Source: Chloroflexota bacterium (GTDB taxonomy: Bacteria; Chloroflexota; UBA11872; VXNJ01). Taken from it: a stretch of 64,000 nt of DNA. The position numbers and the translations under genes were made by a program. Shown here one piece after another: positions 9,046-18,773 of this stretch. Position 1 is the first letter of the stretch. Every line of letters begins with the position of its first letter. Under the pieces are notes generated by a model, which was not told the origin of the DNA, did not search any database, and was given only the letters and a program-made list of their open reading frames with translations. The stretch is taken from positions 3,128 to 67,127 of the forward strand of contig JASLPR010000003.1 of NCBI GenBank assembly GCA_030744875.1, given 5' to 3'.

Positions 9046-10274
9046 CTAGGTGAAAAGGGCGGCGGTGTCGCGGGCGTTGCCGCGCGGCCGCGATGCCCAC
9101 TCGGGATCGCGTTGCAATTCGAGCGCCATGACCGCGATTTCGTCGCCGTGGTCGGTGTCGAGGACCACCGCGTTCTGCGCCGACAGGGCGTAGTCCTCGC
9201 CGGTGGGGCCGACGTAGGCGATGCCGCCGGCGGCCATGGCCTCAAGCCCGACCAGCCCGAACGGCTCGTATATGCTGTTGACGAGCACGCCGTCGGCGGC
9301 GGCATAGAGCGGCGGCAGGACCTGGTCGGGGATGAAGGCTTGGATGTCGATGATGTCGGCGTCGCGGTGGTGGTTGAGCGACGCGGCGATCTCTTCGAGG
9401 GAACGGCCCTCGGGACGGGCCTCGGCGAAGCTCAGCCCGAGCCAGTGGACGTGGCCCAGGAAGTGGCCACGGTGATCCTCGGCGCTGCCGCCCTTCATGA
9501 CCATCCGGGCTTTGACGCCGCGGGCCTTGAGCGCCGCGATGGCGTCGGCGGCCTGCAGTCAGCCTTTTCCGGGTCCATACGGCCGATCTTGAAGAAGAGG
9601 ATGTCGGCGCCAAGGGCGTCGCGGAGCTTGTCGGTGTCGGCGCCCGGGACGCCGGCGAGCATCCAGTCGGGGATTCTGTTGGGGATGACGACGGCGTCGC
9701 AGTTGACGTAGCGCATCTGGTGCTTGACGTAGCGACTGACGGCGGTCAGCTGCGCCGCGAAGGCCAACCGCCCCCAGTTGATGCGGTGTAACGACATGTC
9801 ATTGTTGGCGTTCCACATAAGGAAGCAGTTGCCCCGCAGGCCCAGGAAATGCAGGGAATCACTCAAACGATAGAGCATCTCGGCGGTGTGTCACTCCTCG
9901 GCGATGATGACCACCTGCCGGCCGGCGTCGACCGCCGAACGGACCACGAAGGCGGAGACGTGATGGGGGATGGTTTCCTGGTAGTTGGTTACCTTCCACT
10001 CCTCGTTGTCGTAGACCCCGCCGCGGTGGTACTGGCTCTGCCTCTGGCACCAGCGATTGAGCCGCAGGCGGCCGCCCTCGCGCTCCTCGAAGCCGGGTAG
10101 GTCGGGGTCGCCGACGAAGAAGAGGTGGGTCTGGAAACCGAGCCGGGCGAGTGCCGTGGCGAGGTTGGTGACGCGAACGCCGAGGCCGCCAGCCTGAGAA
10201 TAGGGTTAATCGGGCCACTCGAAGGAGAGGAGCACGAATTCGGTGTTTTTGGGGGTGAAGCCGGTGTTGTTCAC
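9046..10274 (-). pseudogene. GT-B (GT1/GT4-type) glycosyltransferase with two in-frame stops and one frameshift
   Basis: My own minus-strand translation from GTG 10272-10274 gives VNNTGFTPKNTEFVLLSFEWPD*PYSQAGGLGVRVTNLATALARLGFQTHLFFVGDP. It continues ...VVIIAEE*HTAEMLYRL...FFKIGRMDPEKA, followed by a frame change, then LQAADAIAALKARGVKARMVMKGG...EPFGLVGLEAMAAG. TAA lies at 10206-10208 and TGA at 9891-9893, and the frame switches near 9555-9565. Length is 1229 nt, which is 3n-1. Confidence 0.75.
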
Positions 10275-10330
10275 GATGGAGTTGAGCGGTGGCCGGCCGG
10301 GGTGGGGGGGTGAAGGAGCAGATGGGCTAA

Positions 10331-10336
10331 TATAAT
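10331..10336 (+). promoter_or_regulatory. candidate -10 box (perfect TATAAT) for murJ
   Basis: TATAAT lies 25 nt upstream of the murJ ATG in an otherwise GC-rich divergent intergenic region. No good -35 hexamer at 17-nt spacing. Confidence 0.3.
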
Positions 10337-10360
10337 CCGGTGCACTTGACATAACGAGCG

Positions 10361-11980
10361 ATGAATTTGGGGAATAGGTTGGAGCAGGCGGATTCGGGAG
10401 CGGCGCCGGAAGCGGGTTTGAACGCGCGGCGCGGCGTGAGCCTGGCCGCCGCCCTGCTGATGGGCTTCTTCCTGGCGAGCCGGCTGCTGGGCTTCGTGCG
10501 CCAGGCCGCCATCACCGCCGTCTTTGGAGTCGGTGCCGAGGCTGATGCCTGGTTCGCCGCCTTCCGCCTGCCCGACACGTTGTTCACCCTATTCGCCGGT
10601 GGGGCGCTGATCTCGGCGCTGATCCCGGTCTACACCGAATTCCGCGATGCCGATCAGCGGGAACGGGTGAGCGAGTTGGTGTCGGGGATTTTCAATTCGC
10701 TGGCGGTCTTTATGGTGGTGGCCGGAGCGCTAGGAGCGTTGCTGGCCGAGCCGCTGACCGACCTGTTGCTGCCGGGATTCGACGCCGAGACCCGGGCGAC
10801 GACTGTCGAGGCGACCCGCTGGTTGATGATCTCGCCGCTGCTGCTGGGTCTGAGCGCGGTGGCGAAGGGCGTGCTGCAATCGGAACGGCAGTTCCTGCTG
10901 CCGGCGCTGGGCCCGGTGCTCTACAACCTGGGGACGATTTTCGGGGCGGTGTTCCTGACCGACGAATTCGGGGTGATGGGCCTGGTGTGGGGGACGCTGG
11001 CGGGCGCGCTGGTTCACATGGCCATCCAGGCGCCGAGGCTGGCGCGGGTTGGGATTCGCTACCGGGTGCGCAGCGGGCCCGGCGATCGGGCCGTGCGGCG
11101 GGTGCTGCGCCTGATGGCGCCGCGTTTGCTGGGCTTCGCGGTGGTGCAGAGCAGCTTCTTCTTCGTGAACTTCCTGGCCTCCTACATCGGCGAGTCGTCG
11201 GTGGCGGCGCTGGCAAATGGCTGGCTGCTGCTCCTGTTCCCTCTCGGAGTGCTGGCGATCCCGTTTGCCGAGGCGAGCCTGCCGGCGTTTGCGTCGCTGT
11301 GGGCCGGGGGCGACCGACAAGGCCTGAGCCAGCAGTACCACTGGGCGCTGCGCAATGTGCTGTTCCTGACCGCGCCGGCCGCCGCCGGGTTGATCGTGGT
11401 GGCGACCCCGCTGATCGGGGTGCTGTTCGAGCGCCGCGCCTTTGACGCGGACGCGACGGCGCTGACGGCGGCGGCGCTGGTGTTCTACGCGGTTGGCCTC
11501 GTGGGGCATGCGGCGGTGGAGGTGTTGGCGCGGGCGTTCTTCGCGATGCAGGACACGCGTACGCCGGTGCTGGTGGCGGTGGGCTCGCTGGTGGTGCATA
11601 TGCTGCTATCGTGGTTGCTGTCGATCTGGATGGGCATCGGCGGGCTGGCGCTGGGGGTGTCGATCGGGGCGCTGCTGGAGGCGGGAGCGATGTACTGGCT
11701 GCTGCGGCGACGGTTGCCGGGTCCGGAGGGCGGCTTCGCGCTCGGGACGGCGCGGGTGGGGGCGATGGCGGTGCTGGCAGCGCTGGTGGTGCTGGGTCTG
11801 CGCCTGGCCACGTGGCCGGGCGGGGCGTCGAGCGTGGCGAATGCCGGGTGGCTGGCGCTGTACGTGCTGGCCGGGGCGCTGGTGTACGGAATCGGGATGC
11901 TGCTGCTGGGAGCGGAGGAGGCGCGGGGCATTCGCGCGAAGGTGATGGAGTGGCTTGGGCGAGGGAATGGCGCCGACTGA
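10361..11980 (+). CDS. murJ: lipid II flippase MurJ (MviN family)
   Basis: 539-aa polytopic membrane ORF. N-terminal ASRLLGFVRQAAITAVFG and AF.LPDTLF motifs are typical of MurJ. Confidence 0.9.
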   Translation: MNLGNRLEQADSGAAPEAGLNARRGVSLAAALLMGFFLASRLLGFVRQAAITAVFGVGAEADAWFAAFRLPDTLFTLFAGGALISALIPVYTEFRDADQRERVSELVSGIFNSLAVFMVVAGALGALLAEPLTDLLLPGFDAETRATTVEATRWLMISPLLLGLSAVAKGVLQSERQFLLPALGPVLYNLGTIFGAVFLTDEFGVMGLVWGTLAGALVHMAIQAPRLARVGIRYRVRSGPGDRAVRRVLRLMAPRLLGFAVVQSSFFFVNFLASYIGESSVAALANGWLLLLFPLGVLAIPFAEASLPAFASLWAGGDRQGLSQQYHWALRNVLFLTAPAAAGLIVVATPLIGVLFERRAFDADATALTAAALVFYAVGLVGHAAVEVLARAFFAMQDTRTPVLVAVGSLVVHMLLSWLLSIWMGIGGLALGVSIGALLEAGAMYWLLRRRLPGPEGGFALGTARVGAMAVLAALVVLGLRLATWPGGASSVANAGWLALYVLAGALVYGIGMLLLGAEEARGIRAKVMEWLGRGNGAD

Positions 11981-11995
11981 ATTAGAATTGTCGGA

Positions 11996-13804
11996 ATGAG
12001 CGCCGCCGACCTCAAACGCATCCGCAACTTCTGCATCATCGCCCACGTGGACCACGGGAAATCCACGTTGGCGGACCGCTTGATCGAGATGACTTCGGCG
12101 GTGAGCGATCGCGAGATGCGCGAACAACTGCTGGACACGCTGGACCTGGAGCGCGAGCACGGGATCACCATCAAGGCGACGGCGATCCGGATGGACTACG
12201 CGGCCGATGACGGCGAGGACTACCAGTTCAACCTGATCGATACGCCCGGGCACGTGGACTTTTCGTACGAGGTTTCGCGGGCGCTGGCGGCGTGCGAGGG
12301 GGCGGTGCTGCTGGTGGACGCCTCCCAGGGGATCGAGGCCCAGACGGTGGCGCATGTGCACAAGGCGCTGAAACTGGACCTGGAGCTGGTGCCGGTGGTG
12401 AACAAGGTGGATATGCCGTCGGCGCGGACGGAGGCGGTGAAAGGCGAAATCGCGGAGGTGCTGGGAGTGGACGCGGGTGAGATATTGGAGCTCTCGGCAA
12501 AGACCGGGCTGGGGGTGCGCGGGGTGGCGGAGGCAGTGGTGAATCGGCTGCCGGCGCCGATGGGCGACGAGGACAAGGAGCTGCGGGCGCTGGTGTTTGA
12601 TTCGAGCTACGACAAGCACCAGGGGGTGATGGCTTATGTGCGGGTGGTGGACGGCTGGCTGCAGAAAGGCGACGGGATCCGGTTGCCGGGGAGCCGGCAG
12701 GACGCGGAGGCGTTTGAAGTGGGGATCTTTACGCCGGCCTTTCAGCCGGTGGACTGGCTGACCGCCGGCGAGGTTGGTTACGTGGGAACCGGGCTGAAGG
12801 ACATCCAGGATTGCCCGGTGGGCGACACGTTGCTGCGCCTGGGAGATGACACGGTGGAGGCGCTGCCGGGCTACGAGCCGGCGAAGCCGATGGTGTTCGC
12901 CGGGGTCTATCCGGAGCACCCGCCGGACTTCGCGGCGTTGCGCAAGGGATTGGAAACCCTGCGGCTGAATGACTCGGCGCTGACCTTTGAACCGGAAGAG
13001 TCGGGTGCGCTGGGCTTTGGCTTTCGGGTGGGCTTTCTGGGCCTGCTGCACATGGGGATTGTGCGCGAGCGCCTGGAACGCGAGTACGACCTGGACCTGG
13101 TGATGACCAACCCGAACGTGGAGTACGAAATAACCACCCACGACGGGACCGTGGCGACGGTCGGCCGGCCATCTGAATTGCCGGATCGGTCGAATCTGGA
13201 GGTCGTCAAAGAGCCCTGGGCGGACCTGAGCGTGGTGGCCCCGACGGAGTACATCGGCAGCGTGATCGAACTGGTGCGGCAGATCCGCGGCGAGATCGGC
13301 GAAATCGAGTACCTGGAGCCGACCCGGGTGCTGCTGAGCTACCGGGTGCCGCTGGCGGGACTGCTGATCGACTTCTTCGACCGGCTGAAATCGGCGACTC
13401 GCGGCTATGCGTCGATGGACTACGAGCTGTCGGAATACCGGGCGGCGGATGTGGTGCGGCTGGACGTGCTGGTGAACGGCGAGCCGGTCGATGCGCTGTC
13501 GGTGATTGCAGATCGCGAGAGCGGGACGTTGCGGGTGCGCGAGATCGTGCAGCGGCTGCGCAAGGTGATTCCCCGGCAGCTCTTTCCGGTGGCGCTGCAG
13601 GGAGCGATCGGTGGCCGGGTGGTGGCCCGGGAGAACGTGCCGGCGATGCGCAAGGACGTGCTGGCGAAGTGCTATGGCGGCGACGTGACGCGGAAACGCA
13701 AGCTGCTGGAGAAGCAGAAGGCGGGCAAGAAACGGATGAAGCGGGTGGGCCAGGTGGAAATTCCGCAGGAGGCGTTTTCGTCACTGCTGGATCGATCGGG
13801 CTAG
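11996..13804 (+). CDS. lepA: translation elongation factor 4
   Basis: 602-aa ORF. IRNFCIIAHVDHGKSTLADRL G-domain, and a LepA C-terminal domain with the KKRMK tail. Confidence 0.97.
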   Translation: MSAADLKRIRNFCIIAHVDHGKSTLADRLIEMTSAVSDREMREQLLDTLDLEREHGITIKATAIRMDYAADDGEDYQFNLIDTPGHVDFSYEVSRALAACEGAVLLVDASQGIEAQTVAHVHKALKLDLELVPVVNKVDMPSARTEAVKGEIAEVLGVDAGEILELSAKTGLGVRGVAEAVVNRLPAPMGDEDKELRALVFDSSYDKHQGVMAYVRVVDGWLQKGDGIRLPGSRQDAEAFEVGIFTPAFQPVDWLTAGEVGYVGTGLKDIQDCPVGDTLLRLGDDTVEALPGYEPAKPMVFAGVYPEHPPDFAALRKGLETLRLNDSALTFEPEESGALGFGFRVGFLGLLHMGIVRERLEREYDLDLVMTNPNVEYEITTHDGTVATVGRPSELPDRSNLEVVKEPWADLSVVAPTEYIGSVIELVRQIRGEIGEIEYLEPTRVLLSYRVPLAGLLIDFFDRLKSATRGYASMDYELSEYRAADVVRLDVLVNGEPVDALSVIADRESGTLRVREIVQRLRKVIPRQLFPVALQGAIGGRVVARENVPAMRKDVLAKCYGGDVTRKRKLLEKQKAGKKRMKRVGQVEIPQEAFSSLLDRSG

Positions 13805-13853
13805 AGATTTGCGCGGTCGGTGAGTTCGCCGGCCGGAAGAAAGGATCACGCGG

Positions 13854-14690
13854 ATGCACTGGGAGCTCAGCGGGTTGGGGGACGAGATCACTGAGATGTT
13901 TGTGGAGCAGCTGGCGGTGCTGAACGAACTGGAAATCCCGAACGTGGAGATCCGGCGCTTTCGGCTGGAGGGCGGCGAGCAGAAGGTGATCGACGAGGCG
14001 ACCGAAGCCGATCTGGAGGGGATGGCGGCGGCGCTGCGGACGGCCGGGATCGGCTGTGCGGGGATCGCCTCGCCGGTGGGCAAGTACCCGGTGGGCGAGC
14101 CCTTCGAACCGGACCTGGAGCGGTTCCGCGGGGCGCTGCGGGCGGCGAAGTACTTGAGGTCTCCCTACCTGCGGGTGTTTTCGTCTTACGTGCCCGAGGG
14201 GCCGGTGTCGGCGGAGCACCGGGAGGAGGCGCTCAAGCGGCTGCGGGTGATCGCGGAACTGGCGGCCCGGGAGATGCCGGAACTGATCGTGGTGGTGGAG
14301 AACGAGAGCGAACTTTATGGCGAGGGCGTGGCGGCCTGCGTGGACATCTTCGAATCACTGGACATGCCGAACTTGAAGATGGTCTACGACGCGTGCAATT
14401 TCGTGGTCGCCGGGGTGGATCCGTACGACGAGGCCTGGGAGGCGCTGAAGGGCTGGATCGCCTATTTTCACATCAAGGACGCGCTGGGCCCGGGACAGAT
14501 CGTGCTGGCGGGGACCGGCAAGGCGTGCTGGCCGGAACTGCTGCGGGCGGCCCGCGACGAGCGGATCGGCTCGCACCTGACGCTGGAGCCGCACCTGGCG
14601 CTGGCGGGGAGGAGCTTTGGCGATACCGGACCGGAACTGTATGGCGACGCGAAACGGGCGCTGGACGGACTGCTGGCCGACCTGGGCTAG
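13854..14690 (+). CDS. sugar phosphate isomerase/epimerase (xylose isomerase-like TIM barrel)
   Basis: 278-aa ORF with the general pattern of the AP-endonuclease-2/xylose-isomerase-like TIM barrel family (ENE...HIKD...LEPH). Confidence 0.7.
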   Translation: MHWELSGLGDEITEMFVEQLAVLNELEIPNVEIRRFRLEGGEQKVIDEATEADLEGMAAALRTAGIGCAGIASPVGKYPVGEPFEPDLERFRGALRAAKYLRSPYLRVFSSYVPEGPVSAEHREEALKRLRVIAELAAREMPELIVVVENESELYGEGVAACVDIFESLDMPNLKMVYDACNFVVAGVDPYDEAWEALKGWIAYFHIKDALGPGQIVLAGTGKACWPELLRAARDERIGSHLTLEPHLALAGRSFGDTGPELYGDAKRALDGLLADLG

Positions 14691-14706
14691 CCGGGGGCTG
14701 ATCGGG

Positions 14707-16011
14707 ATGCGACTGGCGGTTGGGCCGGTGGTGGGGTTGTTGCGTGTGCTTTTGACGAAGTCGCCGGCGAAGCGAGCGCGGTGCGTGCGCCTGGTGGCCG
14801 CGCTGGCCGCGGGGCTGCTGCTGTTGGCGGCCTGCAATACCGGCGAACGAGTGGTGGAACGGGTGGTGGTGCGGGTGACGGCGACGCCCACGGTCGGGAC
14901 CGCGACGGTGGCGCCGACGATCGCGCGGATCCCGACGGCGGGATCGGGCCTTGCGCCGCTGACGACGGCGACGCCCCGACCGCGACGGACGGCGGCTCCG
15001 CCGGTGCTGTTTCCGACCGCCCGGCCGACGGTGGACACAAGCCCGGTGTTCCCGGCGACGCCGACGATCACGCCGGTGCCGACGTTTACGGCGACGCCGA
15101 TGGCGACTCCGGAGCCAACCGCCACGGCGACCCCGACTCCGGCGCCGCCCCCGGCGCCGACCGAGGCGCCGCGGGAGCTGAGCGAGCACCTGATCGTGTT
15201 CCAGCGCGACCAGGGGCGTGACTTGAACATCCTGCAGATGGGCGGCGATGGCGAAGGCCAGGCGGAGGTGACGAACGTGCCCAGCGATGAGGTGATGCCG
15301 GCTTTTAGCCCGGACGGCGGGACCATCGCCTACTCGAAGAGCCTGGACGGCAATTTCGATATCTGGCTTATGGATCCCGACGGGTTCAATGTGCGGCGGC
15401 TGACGACCTCGGAAGGCGACGACTTGCACCCGAGCTGGTCGCCGGACGGGACGCGGATCGCGTTTCATTCGGCGCGCGACGGCAACACCGATATCTACAC
15501 AATCGACGTGGCGACCGGGGCAGAAACCCGCCTCACGGAGCACCCGGCGGCGGATGTGGAGCCGGACTGGAGCCCGCATGGGGACCGGGTGGTGTTTGGC
15601 TCGGCGCGGACGACCGATTTCGATATCTATCTGGTGGCGATAGCGGGCGGGGGGATAACGCGGCTGACCGACGCGCCGGGCGTGGATGCCTCGCCGGACT
15701 GGTCGCCGGACGGCCTCCGGATCGCCTTCAGCAGCGACCGGGCGGGATCGTTTCGGCTCTACCTGATGAACTCCGACGGGACCGACCAGGCGGTGATCCC
15801 GGTGCCGGTGGAGGGCGAATTGCCGGCTGACGAGGCGCCGGCCTGGTCGCCGGACGGGCGCTTTATCGCGTTCGTGTCGGAACGCGACTACAACCCGGAA
15901 ATCTACCTGACGACCCCGGATGGTCTGCTGCTGCTGCGGCTGACCAACTATGCCGGTGAGGAACGCTGGCCGGCGTTTCGGCCGGACCCGCGCCTGCTGC
16001 CGGCGAGTTGA
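14707..16011 (+). CDS. TolB-like beta-propeller lipoprotein (PD40 repeats)
   Basis: Start moved to ATG 14707, giving MRLAVG...LLLLAAC (signal peptide plus lipobox). This is followed by a Pro/Thr/Ala linker and repeated P.WSPDG / FSPDG PD40 motifs. Confidence 0.75.
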   Translation: MRLAVGPVVGLLRVLLTKSPAKRARCVRLVAALAAGLLLLAACNTGERVVERVVVRVTATPTVGTATVAPTIARIPTAGSGLAPLTTATPRPRRTAAPPVLFPTARPTVDTSPVFPATPTITPVPTFTATPMATPEPTATATPTPAPPPAPTEAPRELSEHLIVFQRDQGRDLNILQMGGDGEGQAEVTNVPSDEVMPAFSPDGGTIAYSKSLDGNFDIWLMDPDGFNVRRLTTSEGDDLHPSWSPDGTRIAFHSARDGNTDIYTIDVATGAETRLTEHPAADVEPDWSPHGDRVVFGSARTTDFDIYLVAIAGGGITRLTDAPGVDASPDWSPDGLRIAFSSDRAGSFRLYLMNSDGTDQAVIPVPVEGELPADEAPAWSPDGRFIAFVSERDYNPEIYLTTPDGLLLLRLTNYAGEERWPAFRPDPRLLPAS

Positions 16012-16178
16012 GCTAGATCAGGTAGCGCAGGGCCTCCTCGACGCCGATGACGGTGATGACGACGACGATGACGCGGGACCCGGCAACAGCGGCAACGGCG
16101 GCGGAAATGGGGGCGGCAACGGCAACGGCCGGGGCAATAATCGCTAGAGTGCGCTAACGAATCCGGTAGCGAAATTCG

Positions 16179-16204
16179 GAGGCGGGGCCGAGCGGCCCCG
16201 CCTC
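16179..16204. terminator. perfect 11-bp GC hairpin between convergent genes (putative bidirectional terminator)
   Basis: GAGGCGGGGCC-GAGC-GGCCCCGCCTC lies between the TolB-like gene (ends 16011) and hisI (ends 16224). It is flanked by short T-runs on both strands (tcttt / atttc). Confidence 0.55.
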
Positions 16205-16223
16205 AGGTGTCTTTCGGGCCCGG

Positions 16224-16580
16224 CTAGTTCCGGGCGGGCGACTCCCAGTCCAGCTCGCGGTAGTAGCAGGACACCTCGCCGGTGTGGCAGGTGGGGCCGA
16301 CCGGGTCGCAGAGCAGCAGTAGGGAGTTCTCCTCGCAATTGATGCGGATCGAGACTACTCCCAGGTAGTTGCCGCTGGTGACGCCCTTGTGCCATAGCTC
16401 CTGGCGGGAGCGGCTCCAGAAAACCGCCTGGCCAATCTCCAGCGTGCGGCGGAATGACTGCTCGTTCATGAAGGCGAGCACCAGCACTTGGCCGGTCTCG
16501 TGGTGCTGGCAGATGGCCGGGATCAGCCCGTTGGCGTCGAACTTGATAGCGGATGGATCAATGCGGTCGGTGGTGTTCAT
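16224..16580 (-). CDS. hisI: phosphoribosyl-AMP cyclohydrolase
   Basis: 118-aa ORF with HisI motifs (W.RSR..LW.KG.TSG, C..PTCH). Cyclohydrolase domain only, with no HisE fusion. Confidence 0.93.
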   Translation of the reverse strand: MNTTDRIDPSAIKFDANGLIPAICQHHETGQVLVLAFMNEQSFRRTLEIGQAVFWSRSRQELWHKGVTSGNYLGVVSIRINCEENSLLLLCDPVGPTCHTGEVSCYYRELDWESPARN

Positions 16581-17351
16581 CTAGAAATCCTTGCGCACGG
16601 GGATGCCCTTTTCGGCCAGGTACTCTTTGGCGTCGTCGACGGTGAAGTCTTTGTAATGAAAGATCGAGGCGGCGAGCACCGCGTGGGCTTCGCCCTCTGA
16701 TAATGCCTCGGCCAGGTGTTCGAGCGTGCCGGCGCCGCCGGAGGCGACCACCGGGACCGGCACGGAGCGACTGACGGCGCGGAGGAGATCGAGATCGTAG
16801 CCGTCGCGGGTGCCGTCGGCGTCGATGCTGTTCATGACGATCTCGCCGGCGCCGAGTTCGACTCCGCGGACGGCCCACGCGATGGCGTCGAGCCCGGTGT
16901 TGACGCGGCCGCCGTGGGTCCAGACTTCCCAGCGGTCCGACCCCTCGGCGACCCGCTGCGCGTCGATAGAATGGACGATGCACTGGCTGCCGAAGCGATT
17001 GGCGCCTTCGCGGATGATTTCGGGATTCTCCACTGTGGCAGTGTTCAGCGAGACCTTGTCGGCGCCGGCGCGGAGCATCTGGAACATGTCGTCGGGGTTG
17101 CGGATGCCGCCGCCGACGGTGAGCGGGATGAACACCTGGTCGGCGACCTGCTCCAGCAATCCGCGCATGATGTCGCGGTGCTCGGCGGAGGCGGTGATGT
17201 CGTAGAAGACTAGTTCGTCGGCGCCGGATTGGTTGTAGTAGGCGGCCAGCTCGACCGGGTCGCCGGCGTCGCGGTCGGCGGAAAAGCGGACGCCGCGGAC
17301 GTTGCGTCCGTTCTTGACGTCGAGGCAGGGGATTATGCGGCGGGTGAGCAT
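16581..17351 (-). CDS. hisF: imidazole glycerol phosphate synthase, cyclase subunit
   Basis: The conserved start [16 protein letters not shown] is at the internal ATG 17349-17351 (TAATG overlap with the hisA stop). 256 aa. Upstream codons of the track ORF are Arg/His-rich junk. Confidence 0.96.
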   Translation of the reverse strand: MLTRRIIPCLDVKNGRNVRGVRFSADRDAGDPVELAAYYNQSGADELVFYDITASAEHRDIMRGLLEQVADQVFIPLTVGGGIRNPDDMFQMLRAGADKVSLNTATVENPEIIREGANRFGSQCIVHSIDAQRVAEGSDRWEVWTHGGRVNTGLDAIAWAVRGVELGAGEIVMNSIDADGTRDGYDLDLLRAVSRSVPVPVVASGGAGTLEHLAEALSEGEAHAVLAASIFHYKDFTVDDAKEYLAEKGIPVRKDF

Positions 17352-18076
17352 TAGCTTTCCGGGTTGGTGGCGAGTTCGAGCGCGGTGCTGAGGCCGATGG
17401 AGCCGTCGTACAAAGCGCGGCCGATGATGGCGCCGGAGACGCCGAGGCGGGCGACGGCGCGGACATCGTCGAGAGTGGAGATGCCGCCGCTGGCGATGAC
17501 CGGGACCGAGGCGGCGGCGATGACTTCGCGCAGAGAGTCGATGTTCGGACCCTGCATCATGCCGTCGCAGGCGATGTCGGTGAAGACGATGGCCGCCACG
17601 CCGGGCAGCGAAAGGTCGGCGGCGGCGGAGGTGGCGGAAATGCTGGAGGTTTCGGCCCATCCGTGGGTGGCGACCAGGCCGTCGCGGGCGTCGATGCCGG
17701 CGACGATGCGGCCGGGGAATTTGCGGCTGGCCGTCTGGAAGAACTCGGGGTCGCGCAGCGCGGCGGTGCCGATGACAACCCGCTCAACACCGAGATCGAG
17801 CGCCGCGACGACCGCCTTGAGATCGCGGATGCCGCCGCCGAGTTGGATCGGGACATCGATCTGCTGGGCGACTTCGCGAATGAGCCCGGCGTTGGCCGCT
17901 TTGCCGGTGCGGGCGCCGTCGAGATCGACGATGTGGATCCACGACGCGCCGGCCTCGGCCCAGCGGCGGGCGGCGGCCGCGGGGGAGTCGTCGAAAACGG
18001 TGACGCGGTCGAAGTCGCCCTGGCGCAGGCGGACGGCCTGGCCGTTCTGGATGTCGACGGCGGGGAAGATGTCCAC
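17351..18076 (-). CDS. hisA: 1-(5-phosphoribosyl)-5-[(5-phosphoribosylamino)methylideneamino]imidazole-4-carboxamide isomerase
   Basis: GTG start at 18074-18076, 2 nt after the hisH stop, gives [17 protein letters not shown], the canonical HisA N-terminus. 241 aa. Confidence 0.92.
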   Translation of the reverse strand: MDIFPAVDIQNGQAVRLRQGDFDRVTVFDDSPAAAARRWAEAGASWIHIVDLDGARTGKAANAGLIREVAQQIDVPIQLGGGIRDLKAVVAALDLGVERVVIGTAALRDPEFFQTASRKFPGRIVAGIDARDGLVATHGWAETSSISATSAAADLSLPGVAAIVFTDIACDGMMQGPNIDSLREVIAAASVPVIASGGISTLDDVRAVARLGVSGAIIGRALYDGSIGLSTALELATNPES

Positions 18077-18077
18077 G

Positions 18078-18707
18078 TTAGACAGCGTCCGGGTCGACGG
18101 ATTCGCCGCAGAGACGGGCGAAGTTGGCGTAGATGCGCAGCCCGGGACGGCCGCTCTTCTCGGGGTGGAACTGGGTGCCGAAGATGTTGCCGTCGTGAAG
18201 AACGCTGAGGAATTCGACGCCGTACTCGGTACTTGCACCGCAGAAATCAGCGTCGGCGGGTCCGGCGCAGTAGGAGTGAACGAAGTAGAAGTTGGTGCCG
18301 GGGGCGATGCCTTCGAGGATCGGCACGTCGCGTCGGGGAGTGACCTGGTTCCAGCCCATGTGCGGGATGTGGAGCCCGTCGGGGAAACGGCGGATGGTGC
18401 CGGGATAGAGATCGAGGCAGTCGGTGCCGCCGTCTTCTTCGCTGTCGGTGAAGAGCGCTTGCAGGCCCATGCACACGCCGAGGAACGGCCGGCCGGAGGC
18501 GATGGCCTCCCGAACCGGCCCGGTCAGGTCGCGGCTGAGCAAACCGGTCATGGTGTCGCGGGCCGCCCCGACTCCGGGGAGCACGATGCCGTCGGCGGTC
18601 GCTATGACGGCCGGGTCGATGGTGATCTGGTAGTCGGCGCCGACGTGGCGGACGGCGCGCTCGATACTGCGCATGTTGCCGGAGCCGTAGTCGATTATCG
18701 CGAGCAT
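18078..18707 (-). CDS. hisH: imidazole glycerol phosphate synthase, glutamine amidotransferase subunit
   Basis: 209-aa ORF. MLAIIDYGSGN, GVCMG (nucleophile Cys) and QFHPEKS motifs. Confidence 0.95.
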   Translation of the reverse strand: MLAIIDYGSGNMRSIERAVRHVGADYQITIDPAVIATADGIVLPGVGAARDTMTGLLSRDLTGPVREAIASGRPFLGVCMGLQALFTDSEEDGGTDCLDLYPGTIRRFPDGLHIPHMGWNQVTPRRDVPILEGIAPGTNFYFVHSYCAGPADADFCGASTEYGVEFLSVLHDGNIFGTQFHPEKSGRPGLRIYANFARLCGESVDPDAV

Positions 18708-18773
18708 GGGGGATGTCCGGTCTGGTCAGGGAAGGTCGGCGAACGAAGACCTTAGATGGTAACAGCGAGAGGC

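Noticed and set aside
9555-9570. Programmed -1 ribosomal frameshift at CCGGAAAAGG in the second glycosyltransferase.
   Set aside because: No X XXY YYZ slippery heptamer and no obvious downstream stimulatory structure. The gene also carries two separate in-frame stops, so a simple 1-nt deletion (loss of a C in GACCTG) is more parsimonious.
7445-9893. In-frame TGA codons (7445-7447, 9891-9893) read as selenocysteine or as a reassigned codon (TGA=Trp/Gly genetic codes).
   Set aside because: All three stop codons (TGA, TAG, TAA) occur in frame in the broken genes, and usually alongside frameshifts. The same codons terminate intact neighbours: TGA for argG at 268-270 and ftsI at 29385-29387; TAG for lepA at 13802-13804; TAA for hisH at 18078-18080. 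I found no convincing SECIS-like hairpin just 3' of either TGA. Glycosyltransferases are not known selenoproteins. Reassigned codes are associated with low-GC lineages, not ~67% GC.
15950-16147. 65-aa ORF ending in DADDGDDDDDDAGPGNSGNGGGNGGGNGNGRGNNR, and a hydrophobic minus-strand frame over the same GGC/AAC-rich DNA (16020-16146).
   Set aside because: The only start lies 60 nt inside the TolB-like gene, in another frame. The minus-strand frame has no start codon after its upstream TAG. The codon-like periodicity is explained by a simple GAC/GGC/AAC repeat. Possibly a decayed coding remnant, but not supportable as a gene.
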